From the NCBI GenBank assembly GCA_963792365.1, contig CAWBVW010000006.1:254908-318907 (forward strand): a DNA stretch of 64,000 nt, in the 5' to 3' direction. Every line of letters starts with the position of its first letter. The first letter of the stretch is position 1. This DNA is from an uncultured bacterium (GTDB lineage: Bacteria > Actinomycetota > Acidimicrobiia > Spongiisociales > ZC4RG35). Shown here piece after piece: positions 7,386-15,947 of the stretch. The notes beneath the pieces are model-generated. The model made no database searches. It worked only from the letters and a program-made list of their open reading frames with translations, and was not told the DNA's origin. The position numbers and the translations under genes were made by a program.

Positions 7386-8148
7386 AGCCCCCGATTGTCG
7401 ACCTGCGGATTGGTCTCGCTGCTAATTGGGCGCGAACGGTGAGCAGCATGAGGGCTTGGAGGAAGACGCTCATCATCAGGGGACGGAGCCCCGCCAGGTC
7501 CAGGTCCGCCAGAACGTCCTTGCCTAGGAAGTAGACGCTGAGGCCGATGCTGATAGCGGCCAGAACGTTGATAGACCTACCGGCTTCCTCCCACCGGACC
7601 CGAGACTCCTCGGTCGATGCCCGTCGCGCGGATAGAAGGTTTGCTACGACGGTGAACACGATGACGAGGTTCGCGAGCGTGACGATTCGGATTTTCGCCC
7701 ACTGAGTTGTCACCGCTTCGTTCTGATGGATCACTGACGCAGCTACGTACCCGATGTAGGCGACTGCGGCACCGACGACCAGCGGACGCGATACTCGTTG
7801 TGGCAAGCCACTACTGGCACTCAACAAACCCAGAACCCCCCGGTCGCCGATGAGGGCGGCAACCTGGACGAAGAAATACAGTCCGGTCGTCAACAGGATC
7901 AGCGTCAACGAGTTCTCGAAGTCGGAGAGCCAGGCCACGAGCATGGGCGCCAGTCCGACAGCGACAAGGAACCGGTTGCGGTTCAGATACCGCTGGAAAT
8001 GGCGACCGTCCATAGGGGGATCGTGGACTTCCTGCAGCTTCTGTTTACCGGCGGCCTCGACTACCCGCGTCGGAAGGTAGATCGAGATCACGTACATCTG
8101 CGACAGGAGTGCGACGGTGTACAGACCGGTGAGTAGGGCGGCGGTCAT
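7384..8148 (-). CDS. Hypothetical polytopic membrane protein
   Basis: ~254 aa with ~7 hydrophobic helices; ATG after the GAGGAG RBS. Confidence 0.65.
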   Translation of the reverse strand: MTAALLTGLYTVALLSQMYVISIYLPTRVVEAAGKQKLQEVHDPPMDGRHFQRYLNRNRFLVAVGLAPMLVAWLSDFENSLTLILLTTGLYFFVQVAALIGDRGVLGLLSASSGLPQRVSRPLVVGAAVAYIGYVAASVIHQNEAVTTQWAKIRIVTLANLVIVFTVVANLLSARRASTEESRVRWEEAGRSINVLAAISIGLSVYFLGKDVLADLDLAGLRPLMMSVFLQALMLLTVRAQLAARPIRRSTIGG

Positions 8149-8299
8149 TGTCGGCTCCTCCAGCAGCGGCGCCACCGACGTTAATCCAGAACCTCTCTCC
8201 AGGCTTGACTACACCCACCAATACCCGCTCCATATCCGGCCTCTTGTTAGAACTGGACGTGATTCGGGGGCTCGGCGAGTCTTCGGGTCGGGGTCCTGG

Positions 8300-9535
8300 A
8301 TGGCTCGCTCGTGAACCGGCTGCCCGGCCCGGGTTCGGGTTGTGGCTCTTGAATGGCTGGCGGCCTGGACTCCGGATGGGGTGTGGCTGAAGAGAGGTCT
8401 GCTCTGCTCGAAGAGGCATTGCCCGTCCCGTCCACCGTCAGGACAACAAGGACGAGGAGGAGAGGGCAATGACTGAGATGATTGTGGGTCTCGATCCGCA
8501 CAAGGCGTCGAACACGATTGCTGTGTTGGATCGGGATGAGACACTCCTTGTGCGGTGTCGGTTCGATAACACGGCTGAGGGCATGGTTGAGATGCTTGCG
8601 GCGGTGGCGGGTTTCCCTACCCGGGTGTGGGCTGTTGAGGGCGCGAACGGTATCGGACGCAGTGTGGCGCAGCGGCTGGTCGCCGCCGGTGAGACAGTGA
8701 TAGATGTCCCGGCGAAGCTGGCGACACGGGTCCGGGTCTACTCGACGGGGCATGGCAACAAGACGGATGGGGCTGACGCGGTGGCTATTGCTCGGGCAGC
8801 TCTGCACAGCAAGCATCTGCGGATGGTGCGTCGCGATGACGCCAACGTGGCGTTGAAGCTGTTGTCGGATCGGCGCCACGAGTTGGTCGCATCGAGGACC
8901 CAGTCGGTGTGTCGGCTGCATCGGCTGATCCGCGAACTGGTCCCCGGAGGGACACCTCGAGCATTGACCGCTGAGCGGGCAGAAGCCCTGGTCAACGGGC
9001 TGAATGTGTCTGATGCTGCTGGGCTGATGCGGGTCGAACTCGCCCTCGACCACATCGAAGACATCAAGCGGTTCGATCGTCGCCTCGACCAGATCATGTT
9101 GCAGATCCAGGCAGCAGTCAAAGACTCTGACACCACCCTCACCCGGATCTACGGGGTCGGGACTCTCAACGCCGGTCTCATCCTCGGGGAGGTCGGTGAC
9201 GTGTCCCGGTTCCCAACCCGCAACCACTTTGCCAGCTACACCGGCACAGCCCCCATCGCGGTGTCATCGGGCGACATCAACCGACACCGACTGAGCCGGT
9301 CCGGGAATCGGCAACTCAACCACGCCATCCACGTCGCTGCCATAACCCAGATCCGCTTCGACACCCCAGGCCGTGCCTACTACCAGCCCCGTCTAGGCTC
9401 AGAACCGGTTCGGGGTGTGGCCACACCAAAGCATCAGCACCGAGGCGAACAGCTGATCACGCGGAAGGCTTCAACGCCACCAGACGTCCTCACCTGCCCA
9501 CCCCGAACCCCTCTCACTTGACAGAGAGGAGCCAT
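8300..9535 (+). mobile_element. IS110-family insertion sequence (ends approximate)
   Basis: IS110 transposase; short inverted repeats ATGGCTC (8300-8306) and GAGCCAT (9529-9535); ~170-nt 5' non-coding region. Confidence 0.75.
8469..9521 (+). CDS. IS110-family transposase/recombinase; C-terminal end appears altered or truncated
   Basis: DEDD residues in VGLDPHK, AVEG and KTDGADA; Tnp domain SSG..RHRLSRSGNRQLNHAIH; after GRAYYQ the usual K..KEALRCLKRR segment is absent in all three frames. Confidence 0.9.
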   Translation: MTEMIVGLDPHKASNTIAVLDRDETLLVRCRFDNTAEGMVEMLAAVAGFPTRVWAVEGANGIGRSVAQRLVAAGETVIDVPAKLATRVRVYSTGHGNKTDGADAVAIARAALHSKHLRMVRRDDANVALKLLSDRRHELVASRTQSVCRLHRLIRELVPGGTPRALTAERAEALVNGLNVSDAAGLMRVELALDHIEDIKRFDRRLDQIMLQIQAAVKDSDTTLTRIYGVGTLNAGLILGEVGDVSRFPTRNHFASYTGTAPIAVSSGDINRHRLSRSGNRQLNHAIHVAAITQIRFDTPGRAYYQPRLGSEPVRGVATPKHQHRGEQLITRKASTPPDVLTCPPRTPLT

Positions 9536-9982
9536 TATGCCGGTGATCCTGTCAAGAGCAGCCAGCAACTTGTTGCACGTGCGTGTGTGGTTGGAGGGTG
9601 GTAGGCGCGATTCGCGATCCGTGGCGGTGTCAGGCGGGTTTGCGGCGACGGTGGCATTGTTCGTGAGCTTCTCATTGCTAGTTCCTCTCGTTGGGCTCCG
9701 TTCCGGGATGAGTCGAGTACTCGACTTTGTTGTCGGCGGCGGGCTGCGAGTGGTCGCGTTCGCTTCGGGTGGGGCGCCCTTGGCGAGATGAGAACCGGGT
9801 CGTGGGGCCGTGGACGGTGCACAGCCGCCTCGACGGGGCGCTGCAGCCCACCTCGGCCGCGGCGGTGGCTCGCAGGACCTCTGTCCCCTGTCCCCGTCAG
9901 GCAGGCCATCGGCTGTCTCGAACCCCAGGTTCGTTGTCTCGAGGAGCCGAAGGACGGGAGCATCGTCACGATCTTCTCCCGT

Positions 9983-10126
9983 GACCCTGTCATTTCGATG
10001 TCAGCAACCCTCCAACTGGACGGCCAAAGCCAGGTTCCACAGGTCGAATCCCAGGGAGGTGGGATCGGACCGTGGGATGAGGGCTACTCGTACCTGCGTC
10101 GAAGATGACACTGAGATGACAGGGTC
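9983..10126. repeat. 21-bp imperfect inverted repeat pair (18/21) enclosing 102 bp
   Basis: GACCCTGTCATTTCGATGTCA (9983-10003) versus TGACACTGAGATGACAGGGTC (10106-10126); GT flanks both sides. Confidence 0.55.
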
Positions 10127-10204
10127 GTTGGTGCTCGGCTGACATTCGGCGGACAGGGTGGCGCGATCCGATGGGGCTAGTCGATCCCACGGAGCAGGCG
10201 GGCC

Positions 10205-10418
10205 ATGGCCGTTGACAAGCTGTTGTTGAAGCCGGAGGAGGCGGCTGAGCTGCTGTCGATCGGCCGCTCGAAGGTCTATGAAACTGATCGGAACCGGTGA
10301 GCTGGCCTCGGTACGGATCGGCACCAGCCGAAGGATCCCCGCCGACGCGCTCGCCGAATTCGTGCGAGAACTGCGAGCTCCGGTGACGAACCCGGTTTCC
10401 ACCGGGCGGCGGTTGTGA
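10205..10418 (+). CDS. xis: Excisionase / HTH_17 DNA-binding protein; +1 frameshift at 10281-10283 as given
   Basis: KLLLKPEEAAELLSIGRSKVYE then, after an extra A, LIGTGELASVRIGTSRRIPADALAEFV; stop overlaps the integrase GTG. Confidence 0.8.
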
Positions 10419-11531
10419 GCATCCATCTGCGCCTCACCGAGAGTGGTGATCGGCGCTACGACGTCCGCCTGCGCGATCCGTCCGGGAGGACCTACACGAG
10501 GACATTCCGGACCAGACGTGAGGCGGAGGCGTTCGCATCCGATGAGCAGGCGAACCGACGCCGGGGCGCCTGGCTGGACCCGCGCCGAGCCGAGACGACC
10601 CTGCGCGAGGTTGCCGCCGGGTGGCTCGACTCGAACCCCGCCAAGCGTCCATCCTCCCGCGCCCGGGACGACTCGGCGCTCCGAACCCACATCCCCCCTC
10701 GGGGACAGGCCGATCGGATCGCTCACCCCGTCCGACATCCAACGGTGCATCAATGACTGGTCACAGACACTGGCGCCCCGGTCGGTGCGGCGGGTATACC
10801 AGACCCTCGCGGCGGTACTCAACGCCGCCGTGCTCGACGATCGGATCGCACGTTCCCCCTGTCGGGGAATCCGACTTCCGGCCACCCAACCCATTGACCG
10901 GCCGGTCATCACCCCGAAGCAACTGGCGGACCTCGCAAGGGCCCTCGGCCCAGAGTTCGAGGCAATGGCGTACCTGGGTGCGGTGCTCGGTCTCCGCTGG
11001 GGCGAGTGCGCCGGTCTCCGGGTAGGGCGGATCGACTTCGACCGGTCGACCATCACCGTTGCCGAACAAGTGACACGAGGTGCCGGTGGACGATCCGTTA
11101 CCGGGCCACCCAAGTCGGAGGCAGGCCGAAGAACGCTGGCCGTTCCGGCGGCACTCATCGGCCTTCTCACACAACACCTTGGACGGCGGGGCCTCGGCCT
11201 CGAAAACCGGGACGCCTTCGTCTTCGGCACACCGGACGGTGAGCACCTCGACTACTCGAACTGGCTCCACCGCATCTGGTACCCCGCCCGGGCCAAGGCA
11301 AGCCTCGACTGGCTCCAGTTCCATGATCTCCGCCGGGCCAATGCCACCGGACTCGTCCTCGAAGGCATCGACCTCAAGACCGCCCAAACCCGGCTCGGTC
11401 ACACCGACCCCAGGCTCACCCTCGGCATCTACGCCCAGGCCAGCACCGAAGCCGACCGTCAAGCCGCAGAACGACTCGGCGAACGATTCCTTCCCCGACG
11501 CGACCTTGGCCGCGGTCAAAGCCTGTCATGA
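10415..11531 (+). CDS. int: Tyrosine integrase (phage/ICE type); frameshift in the C6 run at 10693-10698 as given
   Basis: N-terminal arm-binding-like segment (RYDVRLRDPSGRTYTRTFRTRREAEAF); catalytic LRWGE (R), FHDLRR (HxxR), LGH and TLGIYAQ (Y). Confidence 0.9.
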
Positions 11532-11564
11532 GACACCCGCCCTGCGGACACGGCACGGATTCGA

Positions 11565-11900
11565 TCAGTCTCCCGGTGCAATCTCCCGGACGAGTCTCAC
11601 GACGACCGGGACGTCTTGTGTCGCCATCGTCCACAGCTGTGAGGGGTCGATCCGGTGGTAGTGATGACTCAGCCGATCCCGCACCTTCGCCATGTCGGAC
11701 CAAGGGATGTCGGGGTGGGCGTCGGTGACATCGGACGACATCGCCTTGGATGCCTCGCCGATGATCTCGAGGCACCGTTCGACGGCGCGACGCAACACCA
11801 CGTCCTCGTCGAACGCATCGCGTCCCCGTTGGACGATCGCCGCGATCTCGTCGGCCGCCATGAGCATGTCGGCCAGGCGGTGGACGTCGGATCGGCTCAC
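11565..11900 (-). CDS. HepT-like HEPN ribonuclease toxin (DUF86)
   Basis: AVERCLEIIGEASK...IPWSDMAKVRDRLSHHY (Rx4H). Confidence 0.9.
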   Translation of the reverse strand: MSRSDVHRLADMLMAADEIAAIVQRGRDAFDEDVVLRRAVERCLEIIGEASKAMSSDVTDAHPDIPWSDMAKVRDRLSHHYHRIDPSQLWTMATQDVPVVVRLVREIAPGD

Positions 11901-12199
11901 AGCGTGACGGCGTCGCTTCGGATCTCGTCGTCTCGTTCGAGAAGCGCTCCGAGCGAGATGACGTCGACATCGACGCCCAAAAGGTCACAGAGCTCCTCCT
12001 CGAGATGGATCAGATCCAGGAGTGAGCTCCCAGGCTCGAACTCGACGAGGAAGTCGATGTCACTGTCGGCCGTTGCCTCGCCCCGCGCAACCGAACCGAA
12101 CACCGCGATCGACCGGGCGTTGTGCGGCTCCAACAACGCCCGAATCTCGGCTCGGTGTGACTCGATCAGTGAGTTGAGAGCTGTCGAACGGCTTGCCAT
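11897..12199 (-). CDS. Minimal nucleotidyltransferase (MntA-like antitoxin)
   Basis: FGSVARGEATADSDIDFLVE (GSx10DxD); 4-bp overlap with the HEPN gene. Confidence 0.9.
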   Translation of the reverse strand: MASRSTALNSLIESHRAEIRALLEPHNARSIAVFGSVARGEATADSDIDFLVEFEPGSSLLDLIHLEEELCDLLGVDVDVISLGALLERDDEIRSDAVTL

Positions 12200-12239
12200 G
12201 TGCGAATTGTACGGTCGGCCGCCCGGTTTACGGTTTCGA

Positions 12240-12261
12240 GACACGCGATGGACGCGCGATG
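12240..12261 (+). repeat. Tandem 11-bp repeats, candidate integrase arm-type sites (right inner end)
   Basis: GACACGCGATG-GACGCGCGATG; matches 890-911. Confidence 0.55.
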
Positions 12262-12282
12262 GAATCGACCTCCCAAACCAGA

Positions 12283-12302
12283 GGCCGCCCCGGAGGGCGG
12301 CC
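12283..12302 (-). terminator. Hairpin downstream of tRNA-Pro
   Basis: GGCCGCCC-cgga-GGGCGGCC. Confidence 0.65.
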
Positions 12303-12319
12303 CTGACCTGGTGTTTCTC

Positions 12320-12396
12320 TGGTCGGGACGGTGGGACTTGAACCCACGACCTCAGCGTCCCGAACGCTGCGCGCTACCAAGCTGCGCCACGTCCCG
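12320..12396 (-). tRNA. tRNA-Pro (anticodon CGG)
   Basis: Reverse complement CGGGACG-TGGCGCAGCTTGGTAGCGCG-CAGCG-TTCGGGA-CGCTG-AGGTC-GTGGG-TTCAAGT-CCCAC-CGTCCCG-ACCA folds as a cloverleaf with encoded CCA. Confidence 0.97.
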
Positions 12397-12442
12397 ATTG
12401 GAGAGGTCAGTCTACCGGAGCCTCAGACCAGCGCCATTCGCC

Positions 12443-13732
12443 TCAGTCGGACGGCGGATCGGCCTCGGACCACAGCTCGATCCGAAGGCGGTCGATGCGG
12501 CGTTTCTCCATCCGCAGCACCGTGAACTTCAGGCTGTCGAGGATCACCTGATCGCCGGCCTCGGGGATCCTGCCCGCCTCGGACATGAACAGCCCGCCGA
12601 TCGAGGTGTACGGGCCATTCGGGAGTTCGACGCCTACCTCCTGTTTCACGTCTTCGACCGGGACCCGGCCCTCGACCACCCACATCGTTTCGGCGAGCCT
12701 GTACATCGACGGCTCACGCGGGTCGTATTCGTCCTGGATCTCGCCCACGAGCTCCGATACGAGATCCTTCACGGTGACGATGCCCTCCACGCCGCCGTGC
12801 TCATCGAGCACCACCGCAAACGAGACCCTCCGGGTCCGCAACTCCTGAAGCGCCGACAGCACCGAGGTCGATTCCGGAACGAACACCGCTTCGCGGACGA
12901 GAGGGTCGATACTGCCGTTGACCGACCGTCTCAGGAGGTCCTTGACGAACAGAATCCCCGTCAGGTCGTCGAGGGTCCCGCCTGGTGCCACCACCGGAAA
13001 GCAGGAGTGTCCGTGACTCCCCACCGCCTGTCGCGCGCTCAGCTCGGTCGATCCCGCCTCGAGCGCCACCACCTCGACTCGCGGCGTCATCACATCACGC
13101 ACGGGGCGGTCAGCCAGCTCGAACAGGGATTCGAGGATCTGTCGCTCCTCGGGGTGGATCTCTCCGGCCGCCTCAGACAGCACGGCGAGCGCCATGATGT
13201 CGTCTTCGGTGGCGGTCGTGACAAGACCTCCCCTCACGCCGAACAGACCCAACAGGGCTCGCGCCGCGGCGATGAACACACGCGCGATGGGGGCGAGCAC
13301 TCGCGAGAGCCCCCAGATCGCAGGCGCCACGAACAATGCGAAGCCCTCTGGGTGACGGGCGGCGAGAGTCTTTGGCGTGATCTCTCCCACCACCAGGACC
13401 AGGGCAGTCAGAGCCAACGTGGCTGCCCAGGGTCCGATTGCCTGGCCGGTGCTCTCGTCGGTGAGCGCCGTCAGCAAGTCGACGGTGAGAATGGTCGCGA
13501 TGGAGGCGGCCAGGATGTTCACGAAGTTGTTGGCGACGAGCAGCGTGCCGAGCGTCCGTTCGGTGTCGTTCACCAGTCCGGCCAGGCGCTTGCCTCGGGT
13601 TCCACGCCCCGAGAGCTGCTGGATCCGCTCCCTGGGCAGAGCGACGATTGCGGTCTCCGAGCCCGAGAACAGCCCGGACATCCCGACGCACGCCACCAGG
13701 ATTGCCAAAAGGACCCCTTGGACGGTGGTCAC
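12443..13732 (-). CDS. Hemolysin-family / CNNM (DUF21-CBS-CorC) transporter
   Basis: GLFSGSETAIVAL, GEITPKTLA, VRDVMTPRVEV, VLDEHGGVEGIVTVKDLVSELVGEIQDEYD, C-terminal CorC_HlyC. Confidence 0.93.
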   Translation of the reverse strand: MTTVQGVLLAILVACVGMSGLFSGSETAIVALPRERIQQLSGRGTRGKRLAGLVNDTERTLGTLLVANNFVNILAASIATILTVDLLTALTDESTGQAIGPWAATLALTALVLVVGEITPKTLAARHPEGFALFVAPAIWGLSRVLAPIARVFIAAARALLGLFGVRGGLVTTATEDDIMALAVLSEAAGEIHPEERQILESLFELADRPVRDVMTPRVEVVALEAGSTELSARQAVGSHGHSCFPVVAPGGTLDDLTGILFVKDLLRRSVNGSIDPLVREAVFVPESTSVLSALQELRTRRVSFAVVLDEHGGVEGIVTVKDLVSELVGEIQDEYDPREPSMYRLAETMWVVEGRVPVEDVKQEVGVELPNGPYTSIGGLFMSEAGRIPEAGDQVILDSLKFTVLRMEKRRIDRLRIELWSEADPPSD

Positions 13733-13756
13733 GTGAATCTCATATGGAGAGGGAGG

Positions 13757-14131
13757 TCAGGCTCCCGCCGGATCGAAGGCCGTGAGAGCGCTGCGGAGCT
13801 GCTGTGACGAGAACGGCTTGACGATGAAACTGTCGGCGCCCGCACGTTTGGCGAGAAACGTGTCCGCCTGGCGATCCAGCAGCAGGATGATCGGTGTCGG
13901 GTCGACGTCCTCGGACGCCATGGCGTCCTTGAGCAGACGAATGATCGCCATCCCACCCATGCTGCCCACCTGCATGTCCACGATTGCGGCGTCGAAGCGC
14001 TGGCCGGCCAACATCTCGGCGGCCCGATCGGGCTCGTCGATCGTCTCGATGATGGTGCCAGGGTCGGTGACCGCGGCGGCGACGTCGTTCTCGACCCATG
14101 TGTCGTCGGCCACGAGGAGCAGGTGTGCCAT
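13757..14131 (-). CDS. Single-domain response regulator (receiver)
   Basis: LLVADD, AAIVDMQ (phospho-Asp), GADSFIVKPF. Confidence 0.88.
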   Translation of the reverse strand: MAHLLLVADDTWVENDVAAAVTDPGTIIETIDEPDRAAEMLAGQRFDAAIVDMQVGSMGGMAIIRLLKDAMASEDVDPTPIILLLDRQADTFLAKRAGADSFIVKPFSSQQLRSALTAFDPAGA

Positions 14132-14218
14132 GGTCCGAAAGATAGTGCGCCGCCAGGCCCGATCCCAGCCCCGGACCGAGGAGTCTGAGCGGTGCCGAGC
14201 CAGATATACACTCGCAGC

Positions 14219-15505
14219 GTGATTCCCCGACTCCTCAGAGCCCTATTCGTCGTGCTGCTGGTTGCGGCGCCGGCGCTTCCGTCGTTCGCTCAAACCGACG
14301 ACAGGACCATCGAAGTGCTCGACGTGTCCGGTCCGCTCGACGATCGGCTCGCAGAGTTCGTGATCGACTCTGTCGAAGCGGCCGCCGATGCCGGAACGGT
14401 GGAGCTCTTGATCCTCCAGATCGACTCGCCCGGCGCCGTGGCATCGGAGAACGTGATGCGTCGGCTTGCCGTCGTGGTTGCCAACCCTCCGCTCCCGCTG
14501 GTGGCGTGGGTGGGGCCGGCCCCCGGCGTGGTGCAAGGGGGCATCGCCCAAATCTTCTCCCTGGCTCCGGTACGTGTTGCCGCCCCCGGTACCGCCATTG
14601 GGCTCTGGGAGCCGACGATCGCAGGATCGAGCCCGGGATTCCTGATTGCGGAACCGCCTGGGCACGAATACATCTCCGAGCTCGTGGATGTATCCGCCGA
14701 TGAACCCGTCCAGGGGCTGATCGACATGGTGTCGGACGAGACCGCATCGGTCCGGCAGTTGGCGCAGCTTCTCGACGGCACGGAGGTGGGCGGTCAAGAG
14801 ATCGAGACCGTGACCCCGTTCGTCGCCGACGACGGCACCGAAGGTGTGACCCTCTTGACCACGGTGATTCGCCAACCCGGGTTGTGGGATCGGTTCCTCA
14901 GACTGGCCTCGACACCCGAGGCCACGTTCTTCTTCATCGTGGTCGGCCTCACGATCGCCGCTTTCGAGTTCTACGCCATCGGGCCGGGTATCGCCGCCGG
15001 TGTGGCGGCGGTGTCGCTACTTATCGGTGGATATGGACTGGCCACACTGCCATTCCGATGGTGGGCGTTGCTTCTCACAGTGGGAGCGGTGCTCCTGATG
15101 GCGATCTCGTACCAGTTGGGAGGCGTGTTGCTCTTCACGTGGCTGGGTCTGGTTGCGCTCACGGGCGCCGGCTTCATGTTGGGCGACATGTCGCCGCAGA
15201 TCACTCCGGGAGCACCGAGCGTGCTGCTGACCGTGGCCGGTGCAGCTTTCTTCTTCCTGCTTGCCATGCCGACGGTGGCACGGTCGAGGTTTTCCACACT
15301 CACCATCGGACGGGAGGCGCTGATAGGTCGCAAGGGCATTGCGGTGTCGGACCTGGCGCCCGACGGCGAGGTCGAAGTCGAAGGCGCCCGATGGCGGGCA
15401 ACGTCTCACCGGGAGGCGGGGATCAAGGCAGGCGATCCGGTGGTGGTGGTCGGTGTCGATGGCTGGTATCTCGAGGTTGATCCGGCGCCGCCTGCGGACG
15501 GATGA
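14219..15505 (+). CDS. NfeD-family membrane protein (ClpP-like N-domain, TM region, C-terminal OB fold)
   Basis: LQIDSPG, AAPGTAIG, FEFYAIGPGIAAG, LIGRKGIAVSDLAPDGEVEVEGARWRA. Confidence 0.88.
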   Translation: MIPRLLRALFVVLLVAAPALPSFAQTDDRTIEVLDVSGPLDDRLAEFVIDSVEAAADAGTVELLILQIDSPGAVASENVMRRLAVVVANPPLPLVAWVGPAPGVVQGGIAQIFSLAPVRVAAPGTAIGLWEPTIAGSSPGFLIAEPPGHEYISELVDVSADEPVQGLIDMVSDETASVRQLAQLLDGTEVGGQEIETVTPFVADDGTEGVTLLTTVIRQPGLWDRFLRLASTPEATFFFIVVGLTIAAFEFYAIGPGIAAGVAAVSLLIGGYGLATLPFRWWALLLTVGAVLLMAISYQLGGVLLFTWLGLVALTGAGFMLGDMSPQITPGAPSVLLTVAGAAFFFLLAMPTVARSRFSTLTIGREALIGRKGIAVSDLAPDGEVEVEGARWRATSHREAGIKAGDPVVVVGVDGWYLEVDPAPPADG

Positions 15506-15630
15506 CGCCGGTTCGATTGCGTGTTTCCGGTCGATGAAATTCTTTCGCTGAATTTCCAGATTTTCCCTGGCGGATTCTGGGAGGTCTTTCTAGGGTCTGA
15601 CCACCCCATCCGGCTCAAGGAGGAAAATTC

Positions 15631-15888
15631 GTGACGCTGTCGGACGAATGGCAGACCTCAGCTCTTTGTCGAGGCAACCACTCGCATCTCTTCTTTCCTC
15701 CAAGCACCTTTGAGCGCAAGGATGATCGGGAGCGGCGAGAAATGAGGGCAAAGGCGATCTGCAACGTTTGCCCCGTGATGAGCGAGTGCCGGAGCTACGC
15801 CGTCGCTATCCGCGAACCGTTCGGGATCTGGGGCGGGATGACCGAAACCGATCGCAAGCAAATTGCGGCAGTGGGTGCCGCTCGCTGA
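15631..15888 (+). CDS. whiB: WhiB-family (Wbl) Fe-S transcriptional regulator
   Basis: Four conserved Cys (C..C..CPV..C) and the GIWGG turn. Confidence 0.95.
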   Translation: MTLSDEWQTSALCRGNHSHLFFPPSTFERKDDRERREMRAKAICNVCPVMSECRSYAVAIREPFGIWGGMTETDRKQIAAVGAAR

Positions 15889-15917
15889 CCAGGTACGAAA
15901 ACTGAAGCAACAGCCGA

Positions 15918-15947
15918 CTGAGCGGGCCCCGAATCGGGCCCGCTCAG
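15918..15947. terminator. Bidirectional hairpin between convergent genes
   Basis: CTGAGCGGGCCC-cgaatc-GGGCCCGCTCAG, 12-bp perfect stem. Confidence 0.7.

Larger units (their letters stand above)
753..12368. mobile_element. Genomic island (~11.6 kb) integrated at tRNA-Pro(CGG)
   Basis: Flanking 47-bp direct repeats of the tRNA 3' half; xis and tyrosine integrase near the tRNA end; three TA systems, IS110 and accessory cargo inside. Confidence 0.88.

Noticed and set aside
8247-9227. 326-aa minus-strand ORF
   Set aside because: Antisense shadow of the IS110 transposase.
10001-13807. Long alternative ORFs (10001-11230, 10761-11519, 12200-13807)
   Set aside because: They overlap the integrase, tRNA or CNNM gene on the opposite strand or frame and show no family motifs; typical high-GC shadows.
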